A program made the translations under genes and the position numbers. Source: Cycas panzhihuaensis (Eukaryota; Plantae; Cycadophyta). Taken from it: a DNA stretch of 64,000 bases. Positions 40,784-52,861 of this stretch are shown here, in pieces. The notes under the pieces were generated by a model. The model saw only the letters and a list, made by a program, of their open reading frames with translations, was not told the DNA's origin and ran no database searches. Location: assembly GCA_023213395.1 (NCBI GenBank), contig CM041465.1, positions 95,983,741-96,047,740 of the forward strand, in the 5' to 3' direction. Each line of letters starts with the position of its first letter. Position 1 is the stretch's first letter.

Positions 40784-41249
40784 CCTTGGTTGAAATAGAC
40801 TAAGGTTGGCTGAAGTCTAGGCCCTAAGGGAGGTGTGAGTTTCATATTGAGTCTGGTCTTAACCAGAATAGTGGTGGAGGGACAGGTTAGCCATACTTAC
40901 GGTCTCTAATCAGGGATAATCCTAATAACCACCTGAGAAAATTGAAAACCTTAATGCAAGATTAAATTAACCTAGTCCAATATCCATCATAGCTGTGGGA
41001 TACATAATACCGTTTGACTCTTCAGAGGAGGTATGTAGTTGTTCATTGGTGAATTGGGTGAGGACTGGGAGTACTTAGGCTCGACTGTGACTTAGATTTC
41101 ATCACCAAGTGCAGGTGCAGGTATCACGAGTGAATGCCCTAATTGTATACTAGAAGCCTTAGGCATCGAAACCTCACCTATATTTGGACATAAGTGAGAG
41201 GTCAGTGGTATGACACATCACCACTCTTTACCAGCTCTACATTAGGCCT
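40784..41249 (+). other. Hairpin-dense leader block upstream of gag (candidate structured RNA element)
   Basis: Multiple visible stems (see findings). GC is elevated relative to the flanking leader. Confidence 0.55.
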
Positions 41250-41423
41250 CATTCTTGCATCATTACTTATATTTATTTTTTAATATAATTATTGAAAAAT
41301 AGTTAATCATTGTTTACTTCTCATCATAACAATCATTTCTACATCCCTGCTATGCCAGGTGTACTAGCCACATGTGTTAATGGCACATACTTCTATCATC
41401 TCTTCTACTTCTTCATCATCACC

Positions 41424-44400
41424 ATGTCATCTCAATTGAAGAAAATATTAACTGTATATTAAAAGGCAAAGAAAATTGGGATATATGGTACACTAGAATT
41501 AAAAATATTGCAAAGTATGAAGGCCTTTAGAGAGCCCACCTGTAGCCCACACCCAGCATACGAACAATGGCTACAACATCTGTTTCCAGTGGATCTGCCC
41601 CAATAACTCCTACATATGTTACACCTAAACTACAATGGGAGATAGATGATGAAAAGATTTGTACAGGAATTTTGTTGGTCATTGATCACTCCTTACACAA
41701 CTTAATAAAAGAAGAGAAACATGATACAACCTAAAAGGTCCTAGAAGTTCTTAGAAAGAACTTTGGTACAAAGTCAGATTTAGAATTTATTCATCTTGTT
41801 TTGAAAATGAACAAATTAAAAATGCAAAAGGGATGAGCTCATGAGACAATAAATCTCCTTTGAGCAATTAAACAGATAATTGATAAAGACTTTAAGACCC
41901 AATGCATCACTTAGGTATTTTTGATCCAGCCATATTTACATGTCCCTGATTATAAAAACTTGCTTGGAAGTCTTCAATCTAGTGGAATATTGAAGACACT
42001 CAACTTTGAAGCACTTGCCAAAAAGTTCATAGAATTTGACAAGACCTTTGATATAAAATCTGTAGCCTCTAACTCTCTTCCAGATGCATCCTTTGAGGTA
42101 GAAGAAGAAGTTTGCTACACAAAAAATCAAGGTCCCTCTCGTGGCAGAGGAAATAACTGAGCAAGAGGAAGAAATATAGGAAATCATCCACAAGGTCAAT
42201 CACAACCTCGATAGTTTCAAGGCCACTTAGCAAAAGATTACAGAACTGCCACTTATAAGGACACTTAGCAAAAGATTATAGAACTGCCACTTATAAGTTG
42301 GCCAAGTTCTAACCAAAACATGGAGCTCACAATGTTGAAGAAACTTATAAAGAATCCTTTAGTAGTGTAGGTTTTGTATAAGCACACATTCAAATAATTG
42401 AGGGATCCTCAGCATCAAATATCATTGATCAACTAAAGATATTCTTTGAAGCTCATTGTGGATATATCAATTGTAAATTCCCTTCACCAATGCCAAGCCC
42501 TATTGGAATTGCCAATAGTGTGGCTTCAATCGATGGACAGTGGATCATGGACATAGGAGCAACTCAACATATGGCATGCAATTGTAGTCTATATCAAACA
42601 TTTAACTCAAATGTTCATGGAGTTGTTCACATGGATGATAAATCCCAACAACTTATTGAAGGAATTAGCAATATTCGCCTGAAACTCCCAAGCTTAGAAG
42701 ATTTTACATTATTTGATGTCTTTTATATACCTAATCTCAAACAAAACCTACTCTCTTTATCCACACTTATTTCTTGTGGATTTGATCTGAGTGTAACCGC
42801 AAATGGCCAGACTCTTAAGGTCATTTACCCTCCAACTAATCAGGTGGTTTTGACTAGACATCTCTCTGATAAAGTCTTTCGACTGAATAGCTCTCCATCT
42901 TCTGAAGCCCATTGTGCCCAAAGCCCTTGTGTTGATGAAGAATTTGTATTTAATTATCACCAAAAGCTCTTTGGCATGCTCATATGGGTCATGTTCACAT
43001 TGATAGACTAGAGATCTTTCTAACACTCTTCCAAACCTTCCAAAGTTTTCCTCTAAGCCCTTTAAATATGAAGCTTGTATCATTACCAAATCTCATTGAC
43101 AACCCTTTCCCAAAAGTTAATGGAAATCGATCCATCCATTACAATTGGTACACTCTGATTTGTGTGGGCTAATGCCCATTTCTTCACTGAAGGGCAAGCT
43201 ATATTACATCTCTTTCATTGATGATTTCACTAGAAAATATGGGTAGCTTTTCTACATAAGAAAGATAAAGCATTCTGTATATTCAAGGAATTTAAAGCCC
43301 TCATTGAAAAAGACTCAAGTTATCAACTCAAATATCTTTGAACTAATAATGGTGGCGAATATACCTCACATGAGTTTGAAAGCTACCTTCAAGACAATGG
43401 CATTAAGCATCAAACAATAGTAGTAGGTACCGCACAGAAAAGTGGAGTTGTCGAGCATATGAATAGGACAATCATGAATATGGATCATGCTATGTTAATA
43501 TATAAAAATGTACCTTCCTATTTATGGGTTAAAGTAATCTAGACAACTATTTATTGTATCAATGTTGTTAGTACATCAAAGGAAGCACAATCACCTAATG
43601 AAAAGTGGTCAGGACCAACCCCCATTGTTCCCTACTTTAAAATTTTTGGCTCTACATTCTATGCCCATATTCTGGATGCAAATCAAAATAAACTCTAGCC
43701 AAGGGCACTTAAAGGCATCTTTGTTGGATACCATATGGATAAGAAAGGGTATAAGGTCTTCATACCTTCACAACAAAAAATTATCGTTACCAGAGATGTC
43801 ATTTTTATGGAGACAGAGGATCAGTTATTTAAATTAGACTCCATAGTACCCTCACGCTGCTACAATAATGTTATCAAATATGATGTTCAGATTCCAAAAT
43901 TGGGGGGGGGGGGGGGAACAGACATAAATTACTCCAAATGTTAGAAGCTGACAATAGAGCCTTGAGGATACAAGTTGTGACTCTAAACCAATGAGTGTAC
44001 ATCCAGCACCATCTTTTGAAGATAATAAAGTTGACAAAGGCAAAGCCATTATATAAGAACCATCCTCTCCACCTTCAATTGACAAAGGCAAAACAGTGGT
44101 AGAAGGACCATCTTCCTTAGGCACATCAACATCCTCCTCACAAAATAATCATTTTAATGAAAATGATGAGAACTAAAAAGTGGGAGAAATGAGGACATCA
44201 TTCCCAACTCGAGGATCTTGAGAAGCCTGCCGACTCAATAAGGAGATATGACCAAGAAGTTATAAAGCACACAGCTTGGAGAAACGCCATGAACAAAGAG
44301 TACCAATCTCTTATCAAGAATGGTTCATGGGAGCTCATTGATCTACCACTTGGCAGAAAGGTAGTTTAAAATAAATGGGTGTTCAAAAACAAATATAGAT

Positions 44401-45782
44401 TAGATGACACCCTTGAAAAACACAAGGAGATGTTGGTATCTAAAGGATTTACACAAAGGGAAGGCATCAACTACATTGAAGTCTTTGCACCTACAACCAA
44501 GTGGCCTACAATTAGAACTCTTATGGCCTTAGATACTCAATAGGGTTGGAAAATCCTCCAACTTGATATTAAGACTGCATTTCTCAATGGAGATCTTTAA
44601 GAAGAAATTTACATGGCTTAGCTAGAAGGATATGAGATCAAAGGTCAAGAGCATAAGGTTTGCAGGCTCAAAAAGTCTTTGTATGGCCTTAAACAAGCCT
44701 CTCGTGCTCAGTTTGCCAAGTTGTCTGAAAAGATGAGGCAACTTGGATACGAGGTTTATGACTATCAAGATATTAATGTAATATTATTCATCAAGCACCA
44801 TAAGGATAAAGTCACTTATCTCATAATCTTTGTAGATGACATGCTAGTAACAAGTAATAGTGAACAGGTAATAAGCTAGCTAAAAAAGGACCTTGGCAAA
44901 ACGTTCAAATTATCTGACCTTGGTTTGATGAAATATTAGTTGGGAATTGAAGTAACACAAAAGAATGGAAAAATTTTCCTCTCCTAAGAAAAATACATCA
45001 ATGATCTTCTAACCAAGCTTCAGTTAGAAGATGCTTGACCAGTGATGTTACCTATGGATCCTAACACCAAACTCTCAGTTGAAGGTGACACTAGGGAGGT
45101 AGATGCAACACTCTATAGGAAACTTGTAGGTAGTCTCATCTACACTACCAATATAAGGCTAGATATTATACACTATGTCAGTATTATTGCTTGTTACATG
45201 ACAAATCCTAAGCAGAATCATTGGTAGGCAACAGTACGAGTATTGAGATACCTTAAGACGATAAGCAAATATGGTCTGTTGTATGAACCTAATTTAGACT
45301 TCAATCTTTCTGCATGCATAAACTTAGACTTTATAGGAGATAAAGATACAGGAAGATCTACATCTGGGTATGTAACATTTCTTGGAATAACACCAATATC
45401 ATGGAGATCTAGATAGCAGAAGATAGTTGTAGATTCAACTATTGAAACTGAATACATTGTTGCTTATGAGACCAATAAAGAGGTGATATAGTTGAGAAAA
45501 TTATTGGAAACATTGAATATCACCCAAACAAGTCCTACGAGTCTTCATGTAGATAATCAATTAGCAATCTGCATGGTAAAAAATCTTGTATTTCATGATC
45601 GTACTAAATACATAAGTATGAAAGTCCATAAGATTAGGGAACTTATTCATGATGGCATAATTCAATTAGATTACTGCCCCATAGTAGATCAAGGGCCCAA
45701 TATCTTCGCCAAACTACTATAAAAGGTGAAGTTTGAATAGTTTCAAAGGCAGCTTGGCCTTAGGGCCTCCATCTTCGATTAA
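41424..45782 (+). pseudogene. Copia gag-pol, disrupted
   Basis: LKGKENWDIW, WIMDIGATQHM, LQLVHSDLCG, TNNGGEY, QLDIKTAFLNG, YGLKQA, FVDDML and FHDRTKYI. Confidence 0.93.
42219..42294 (+). repeat. 38-bp tandem duplication at the Gag zinc knuckle
   Basis: aaggccacttagcaaaagattacagaactgccacttat occurs twice, with 2 mismatches. Confidence 0.9.
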
Positions 45783-46229
45783 TCAAAGAAGATTATAATA
45801 GGATCATCATACTTTATTCTCTTCATGAAAACCCCTTATGGGCATGGAAGAATAAGAGTAAGTCTCTACTCTATCCTCTTTATGAAAACCCCATGTGGAC
45901 ACAAAAGGATAAAGGTTGTACTTGTTTTAGAAAATCAGAACCTATGAAAACCCAAAAGGGCATAGGGGATGATCAAATAGTATATGGAGACTTAGCAGAT
46001 TAAGCTACACATTTAAGCTGCTTGGCTATCAAGCTACATCAAAGAGCCACCTTAGCTATTTTGATTTATAAAAGGGGCTCTAGATCTTAGAAAATTCATG
46101 GATTTTTATTCCCCATGAGGGTTTTCCTACAAAAGTGTCATTTAGAATTTTAATATAATAATGAGGCTTAAATGAAGACCTCGTAGAATAGATTTTCTAA
46201 AAATGACCTTCCACCATTAAGGGGGGGAT

Positions 46230-46541
46230 TAAAATAAGTTAATATATCAAGGTCATTTGTGTAGATTAATTATGTGACCTTAGGATATATTATTAGCATT
46301 AGTCTCTTAATGAAATGTACTTTATGTGCATTTAGATGTAATTTCGGGTTCATGTCATTAGGCGGGAAAATTCTAACCCTAATGCTCACCCTCAATAATA
46401 AAAGGTGAAATCTCAAGGAGGGAGTCATTATTCATTCTCATCTCCAAGCTTGCTCTTAGATCTTATTTCATCTTCTTTTTCATTCTGTATTGACATTGTG
46501 TGCATGTGAGTGATTCATCTCTTAGATCGATCATTCGTTCA
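46230..46541 (+). repeat. Copia 3' LTR
   Basis: Follows the PPT and aligns with 39109-39420. Confidence 0.95.
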
Positions 46542-47309
46542 ATGTTCATACCATTAAGAGGTATATGACTTTAAATATCCATGTAACAAATGTGTATTTA
46601 ATGCATATAATGTCATTTTCTTTTATAAAACCTTTGAATTCAACATTATTTTTAATAATTTGATTTTAGGATCTGATAAATATCCTCACTTGCCCTCGTT
46701 ATAAAATCCATGGTTATTATTGAATGCTTGAGAGACTTCACATTCAAACACCTATAATCCTATAACATTGATGGTGATTTTGTTTTAATGGGGATGCCTT
46801 ATGATGTATGAATACATATAATTTCTCCTTCAATTGTTAGATCAATCTTTAAACTTTTTAAGATTTTATCTTTCTTTAAGATGAATAGGAATTTCGTTAA
46901 TATGATAATCATCCTCATCCCCTTTATATCTATAATAATCTAACCCTATAGTGTTCACCTACAATCAAGCATATATTATATGCTTCCTCCTCTTAATTAG
47001 ACTAAGACATACTTCAAAATATGTATTTTGTAATTATGGTATAAGAATTAAAAAAATCATCTTATGAAATATGGTTTATGGTATAGAGCTTATTTCTAGC
47101 TTCAAAATAATTAATTGTGGGTCCCAGTAGATATCATATGAATAAGTTATGTTAGCTTGAAGATTATGATCCTAATACATATTATTAGAAGATGACTTCA
47201 CTTAAATTATCCTTAAGGTTGATTATATCTTAAAATATCATAGGATTTTTTTGGGATTTAAATATGTAACCATATATAAATAGTGGTTGGATCACTTGGA
47301 AGATCAACC

Positions 47310-47691
47310 TATGAGAACAATAAGATCTAAATATGTGTATCCTAATTTGAGTATAGTGATCAAATATTGATAAATAATCAACAAATCAAGCAAATATTCA
47401 CAACAAATGAGCATGCAAGTGTATGGGTGAATTCACCATACCGTAGGCTCTCTCTTAGGCAAAGCTTCTACATTAATCAAAATCTAATATAAAGTACAAA
47501 TGAATGGGGTAATATTTATAGTCATCCACTAAGATTACAATGCATTGGGATAGGCCAACTTAATGACATAAGAGGTGGGCCCAACCTCACTATCTAATAT
47601 GATTTAATTATATAAATGGGTCCTTTTATACAATATAATATTAACATACAAAGGTGTGAAGAAATGAAGGAGATAGTAGAAAGTTTTAACA
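47310..47691 (-). repeat. Copia 3' LTR
   Basis: Aligns with 54302-54685. Confidence 0.92.
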
Positions 47692-47709
47692 CCCTCCCTT
47701 AATAGAAAC

Positions 47710-50700
47710 TTCATTTCTTTGGATGCTAAGGTCAAATCTAAACTATTCAAACTTCAGTTTACCATTGGTGAAGATGTTTACAACCCAATCTTCAGTATGA
47801 TGGTAGATGAGATTAACTTCTCTCTTTGTACATGTTCATAGATGAAGTGATGGTGGACCTCAATGTTCTTGGTTCTGGCATGGATTACAGGATTCTTCAT
47901 CATCTTCAACACACTCTAGTTGTCACAATATAGGATGGTTGGTGAAGTCTATTGAAATTCAAGCTTGGTGAGAATCCTTCTATAAGCTAAATCAACTCTA
48001 TAGTGGCATGGATGACTATTTTGTATTCAACTTTGTTGGAGGAAAGAGCAATATTAGGCTACTTCTTACAACTCCATGAGATTACAACTAAGTTTATATC
48101 AAAATAATAGCCTAAAGTTGAATGGCATGTATCTTGGCAACTAGCCCAATCAACATCTATATGCCACTTTAGAATAGGTGATTCAGTTTTATTATACTCA
48201 AGACCAAATTGATGAGTGTCACATATATATTTGAGGATCCTAGTGGCTATTTTCTAATGAGATGCTTTGGGTTGTGACATATGGCTAAATAAAATCCCTA
48301 CTACACATGAGATGTCTAGACAAGTATGAGTGAGATAGATGAGACTCCCAATTAACTACCGGTATAAAGTAGGATCAAAAGGTATTCCTTATTCATCTAG
48401 GTTTAACTTGGTTCCTATCTCCATGGGAATTAGTATAGGCTTACAATCTATCATCCTGATCTTTCCAAGATTTCATTAGCATACTTAGTTTGAGTCAAGA
48501 GAATGTGTCCTAATTCTTGCCAAACTTCAATTCCAAGGAAGTATTGGAGCAAGCCAAGGTTAGTCATCTTAAAATTGCTCTTTATCTCTGATTAGAGCTA
48601 AGAAATTCCATATGTATCATTACTAGTGATAGCAAGGTCATCCACATAAAGTGCAATGATGGTGATCAAATGTCTCTAACCCAAATGTAGAGATCAGGGT
48701 TAGAGGGTGAACGATTGAATCCATGTTGAGTGAGAAAGACATCTATTTTTACATACTAGGTATGCGGTGCCTACTTAGGTCCATAAAGGGCTTTATTAAG
48801 TCTACAAAGTAAGTGTTCTTATCCTAGAATAACACAGCCTGGGGGTTGTTTTAAGAAAACCTCATCTTTGAGCTCTCCATTGAGGAAAGCACTTTTCACA
48901 TCCATGTGGTAAATAGGCCATCTAAATTGGGCTGGTACAGACATAACCAAATAGAATGTGGTCATGTTGGCTACTAGTGTACAGGTCTCATCATAGTCAA
49001 TTCCTTCCTATTATTTGAAACCTCTTATAATAAAGTAAGATTTATGATACTCTATAGTGCCATCTGTATGGAATTTTATCTTGTATAGCCACCTATAGTT
49101 AATTACTTTCTTCTTAAGTGGCAATTTAGTTAGGTCCCAAGTGTCATTTTTTAAGATGAAATTCATCTCTTCATCCATAGCTACTTTCCACATTTGGTCT
49201 TTGACTGTCTCCTCAAATGTAGAAGGCTCAAGAGTTTTAGGGATACATGCCGTGAAGGTAAAATTTATAGAGTGTCTTATCTTGGGAGACCTCTTTATAA
49301 TTGTGAAAGGAGGAGGAGCATCCTTTAAAAGTTATTGTATCCACTTAGTAGGTGGCTAAAAATTGGTGGATTCCACATGGAGGTCATTAATTAAAATATG
49401 AGGCAAATTTATACTTGATTAAGTGGATAACAAAGAAGTTGTTGGAATTGATGATGGAGCTAGAGTGTAGGAGTAAGCTGGTACAAGTGGCTCCAAAGTT
49501 TATCTAAGGGTCACTTGTGTCATACCAACTTCATCTTATGCTACAATCTAATATAGAGGAGATGGCAGTTCCTATGGTTCTTCAGCAAAGATTACATCCT
49601 ATATCATGTAAGCTTGGCTTCCAACTATGTAGAATACTTTATAGGCTTTATAACTAGGTACATGGCTAAGGAAGATGCACTTAAGGCTTTTATCATCAAG
49701 CTTCTTTATGTTATCCTTTAAGATATATTTGTATGTCATGTATCCAAAGATCCTCAAGTGAGCTACAGATGGTTTTTGTCCTGACCAAGCTTTTTCGAGA
49801 GTAATGTTCTTAACTGCAACTATGGGACTTATATTGGTTAGGTAAGTAGTCATGGTAATGACATCAACCCAAAATCTAGTAGTAAGGTTGGCAACGCTAA
49901 TCATGGCTTTTCTTTTGTTGATTAAAGTCTAATTCATCCTTTCAGCTACACCATTCTACTAAGGTGTATGAGGAGCAGAAAATTGATGTTGGATGCCATA
50001 TTCTTTACAAAAACTATTAAACTAATTTGAAATATATTCACCACCATTAACAAATCTAAGGGTCTTTATTCTTATCCCACTTTTAATTTCAATAATAACT
50101 TTGAACTCCTTGAATATGTCTAGGGATTGATATTTATTTCTTAAGAAGTAGACCCATACTTTCCTTAAGAAGTCATCTATAAAGGTCATAAAATACCAGC
50201 TACCATTAAGAGATTAGGTAGATATAGGGCCACAAATATTATAATGCACCAAGTTGTAAAGCTTTCCATGCATTCTTAGAAGGGAAAATTTCTCTTTATT
50301 GCTTTCTCTTTAGGTAGGCCTCATATATATTCTAGTATCTCTTGATTATGGGTAGGTCATATACCATTTTGAGCCTAGACATAAGGTTCAAGCTTTACAT
50401 ATTTAAATGACCTAGGTATTGATGCCATAGGTGGTCTTTTGATCTATTTTTGGTCACTTCATCTTTTGAGTGGGAGCATTCTCCTAGTTCATGTATGCAA
50501 GGGGACTCCTCCTTAATTACATCCTTCCCCTTATAATATTGAGTTATGTTGGTCATTGAGCAGGATTCATGTTGAAGAGTAATGGTAAGAGGGACATGAT
50601 CTAACCTATATAAGCTACCATCTTCATGTCCTATAGACACAAGTTTGCCTATAGCATGATCTATAATTCTACAAATACCCTGGCTAAAGAGGACATCTAA

Positions 50701-52362
50701 GTTATTCTTATCCATTTGGCTAATGGAAAGTAAGTTTATCTTTATACTGGGTATAAGGAACACATTATTGATGTGGTGTTTAATATCAAAATCCTTTAAT
50801 GTGATTAGTGCCCTACTAATTTTAGTCATATTATAAGTCATGTTATCCCCAAATATGACCATTTAAGTGTTGATTAGTTGGGTCTCTTCTAACATTTTTT
50901 TAAAACTTGTCATGTGTCTTATTGTACTAAAATTAAGAATCCATGTGATCTCATCAAGCTGTGAGGATAATGCTATAAAAAATACATTATGGGAGAACTC
51001 ATCCTAACCATCTCCCTTGTTACCACCTTGTTTTTTATTATACTATTAGTTCCTTTGATTTGTATTTGAGAATCGTTGCCTATTTTGAGGTCTTTATCCT
51101 TATGTGGGCCTTGGATTCTAATTTTGTTGATAGAATTAGCCTTGAGATTGATATAATGGCCTCTCTTATGGGTGAAAAGGGCCTCCTTAGTGTTGAGAAG
51201 GACCACCTTGTTGATAATAAGGGCCTCCTTATTGTGGAAAGGGGCTCCTTAAGGAGGGCATGGTCCTCCTTATTGAAAGGAAACTCCTTGTCTTTATTGA
51301 TTGTATCTAGAACCTCCTTGATGGTATGTGGGTGCTCCTTATTGATAAATATAGGCTGGTTATTAATAAACAAGCCCATATATTTAGATTTCTTATTTTT
51401 TTAAGAGTTATAAATCAACTTGTCTTCTCATACATTCAATAGTTAGGTGTCCATTTTATATAGTAAAGGAAGATGACATTTTATTTGCCCTATTGGTTCT
51501 TTTGGGATTGTCCCTATGGTTGATGTTGTGATTGTTGAGGCTTTTGATTTGGACAAGAGGAGGAAGATGTGTTAATAAGATGCTACTATACTGGCTACTA
51601 ATATGACTCTTATTTTATATAAAGAAAGTCCAAAAGTTAAGCTAGGTCTTATTATTGACTAAGCTACTGGGCTACTTTATTAATAGCCTTACACTTTTCT
51701 AAGTTTTAGGTTATAAAGGCAGGAGTTGAGTCAGATGTCGATATCACTCCTAGTTAGTTGAGAATATTCTCTTCTCAAAGTAAGAGCCCCTTAAAGGTTA
51801 TGAAGTTCATCTTAAAGTAGTTGTCATATAATTTGGATATAAAAGAGTTGTATTCAATGGGTAGAATGTTTATAATGCTTGAGATTAAATCACAATTAGA
51901 AGGTGGCTCAACAAAGATAATCAAGCAGTTTCTAATGGTTTTGACTTCAATTAAATGATTTATAATGTTTCTAGTAAAAGGCATGGCAAATAGGTGATCC
52001 TTATGGGTAAGGGACCTACATTCATCCTTCCTCTCATAGAGGGAATAAACTATGGTCGAAGATTCATTTGAGTATTGTGTTATTTTGATGTTTTGATCCA
52101 CTTGGTCTTTAACTACCAAGTGGAGAAAGGATAATACTATGTTGTCCTTAGCTTTGAAGTTTACTAAGGCTAAAGGATTGGGTGGAATAGTTTTAGTGGG
52201 ATTATTATGATCTTGAGTATGCTTAGGCATGGGTATATCCCCATTGATATAGGCCCAATATTCATTCATAATAAGTAAGTTTTTTACTTACTTTTTCCAA
52301 GGTATAAAGATATTAATGCCATTGAGTTTGATATTATTAGAAAGAAAAATTTGTAATGTCAT
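47710..52362 (-). pseudogene. Copia gag-pol, disrupted
   Basis: IKLNG....PWK, zinc-knuckle remnant (~51430-51470), decayed WILDSGATRHM (~50945), LWHQYLGHLN, HLRIFG, LKNDTWDL, HMDVKSAFLNG, LYVDDL and HARTKNIEVHHH. Confidence 0.92.
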
Positions 52363-52410
52363 GTTTGAAAGGTTTTTGTGTTTGATATTTTTTAAAGCTT
52401 TTATGTGATG

Positions 52411-52861
52411 AGGTACTAATATACCTAAGTGGCTTCTAATCTAGGATTTTAAGGTAAAGGGTCTCTAGGAAAGCTCTCAGTTGCTATCCTGTCTAATGGC
52501 ACTTACCCATAAGTGGTAAACCAAGGACTTGATATACTAGTATGTGAGCTCAAGGGCTCAATATGCCTTAATATGTGGGCTACAAGTAAGGTCCTAAAAG
52601 CCCCTTAATTTATTTCCCCACCTACACTAGTCTTATGCCAAATGATAAATCTAGTGGTGAGAACTTACTAATGAAGGCACTCATCGCCTAGGTCTAGCTT
52701 AGTCTCCAAACTCTAAAAGATAGGGTCTCCTCCTTAACTTGCCACTTATTACACCTAATAGCTAATGATGTTCCTCATCCAATATGAGTAGGCCAAGGGC
52801 ATGTGCATGGTGGTAACTTTAGAGGTCCTAATCATTCCCCTTGCAAGGCTAGAAATAGGGG
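52411..52861 (-). other. Hairpin-dense leader block upstream of gag (candidate structured RNA element)
   Basis: Several local stems plus a long-range TAAGTGGC/GCCACTTA pair. GC is elevated relative to the flanks. Confidence 0.55.

Larger units (their letters stand above)
39109..46541 (+). mobile_element. Full-length Ty1/Copia with ~2-kb leader
   Basis: 312-bp LTRs at 39109-39420 and 46230-46541 (about 20 mismatches by hand count). Perfect TSD ATGTT. Decayed Met PBS TGATATCAAAGT at 39423-39434. PPT AAGGGGGGGA at 46219-46228. Confidence 0.95.

Noticed and set aside
40784-41249. Hammerhead ribozyme or retrozyme
   Set aside because: No CTGANGA...GAAA core with the required flanking stems was found.
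46547-46960. hAT transposase N-terminal zinc finger
   Set aside because: The required Cys/Trp pattern and downstream DDE region are not recoverable.
52525-52710. Group I intron core (GAGACTAAG as R-like, TATATCAAGTCC as S-like on the minus strand)
   Set aside because: Only a 4-bp P7-like pairing. P3-P6 and splice sites could not be built by eye. An Rfam Intron_gpI scan would settle it.
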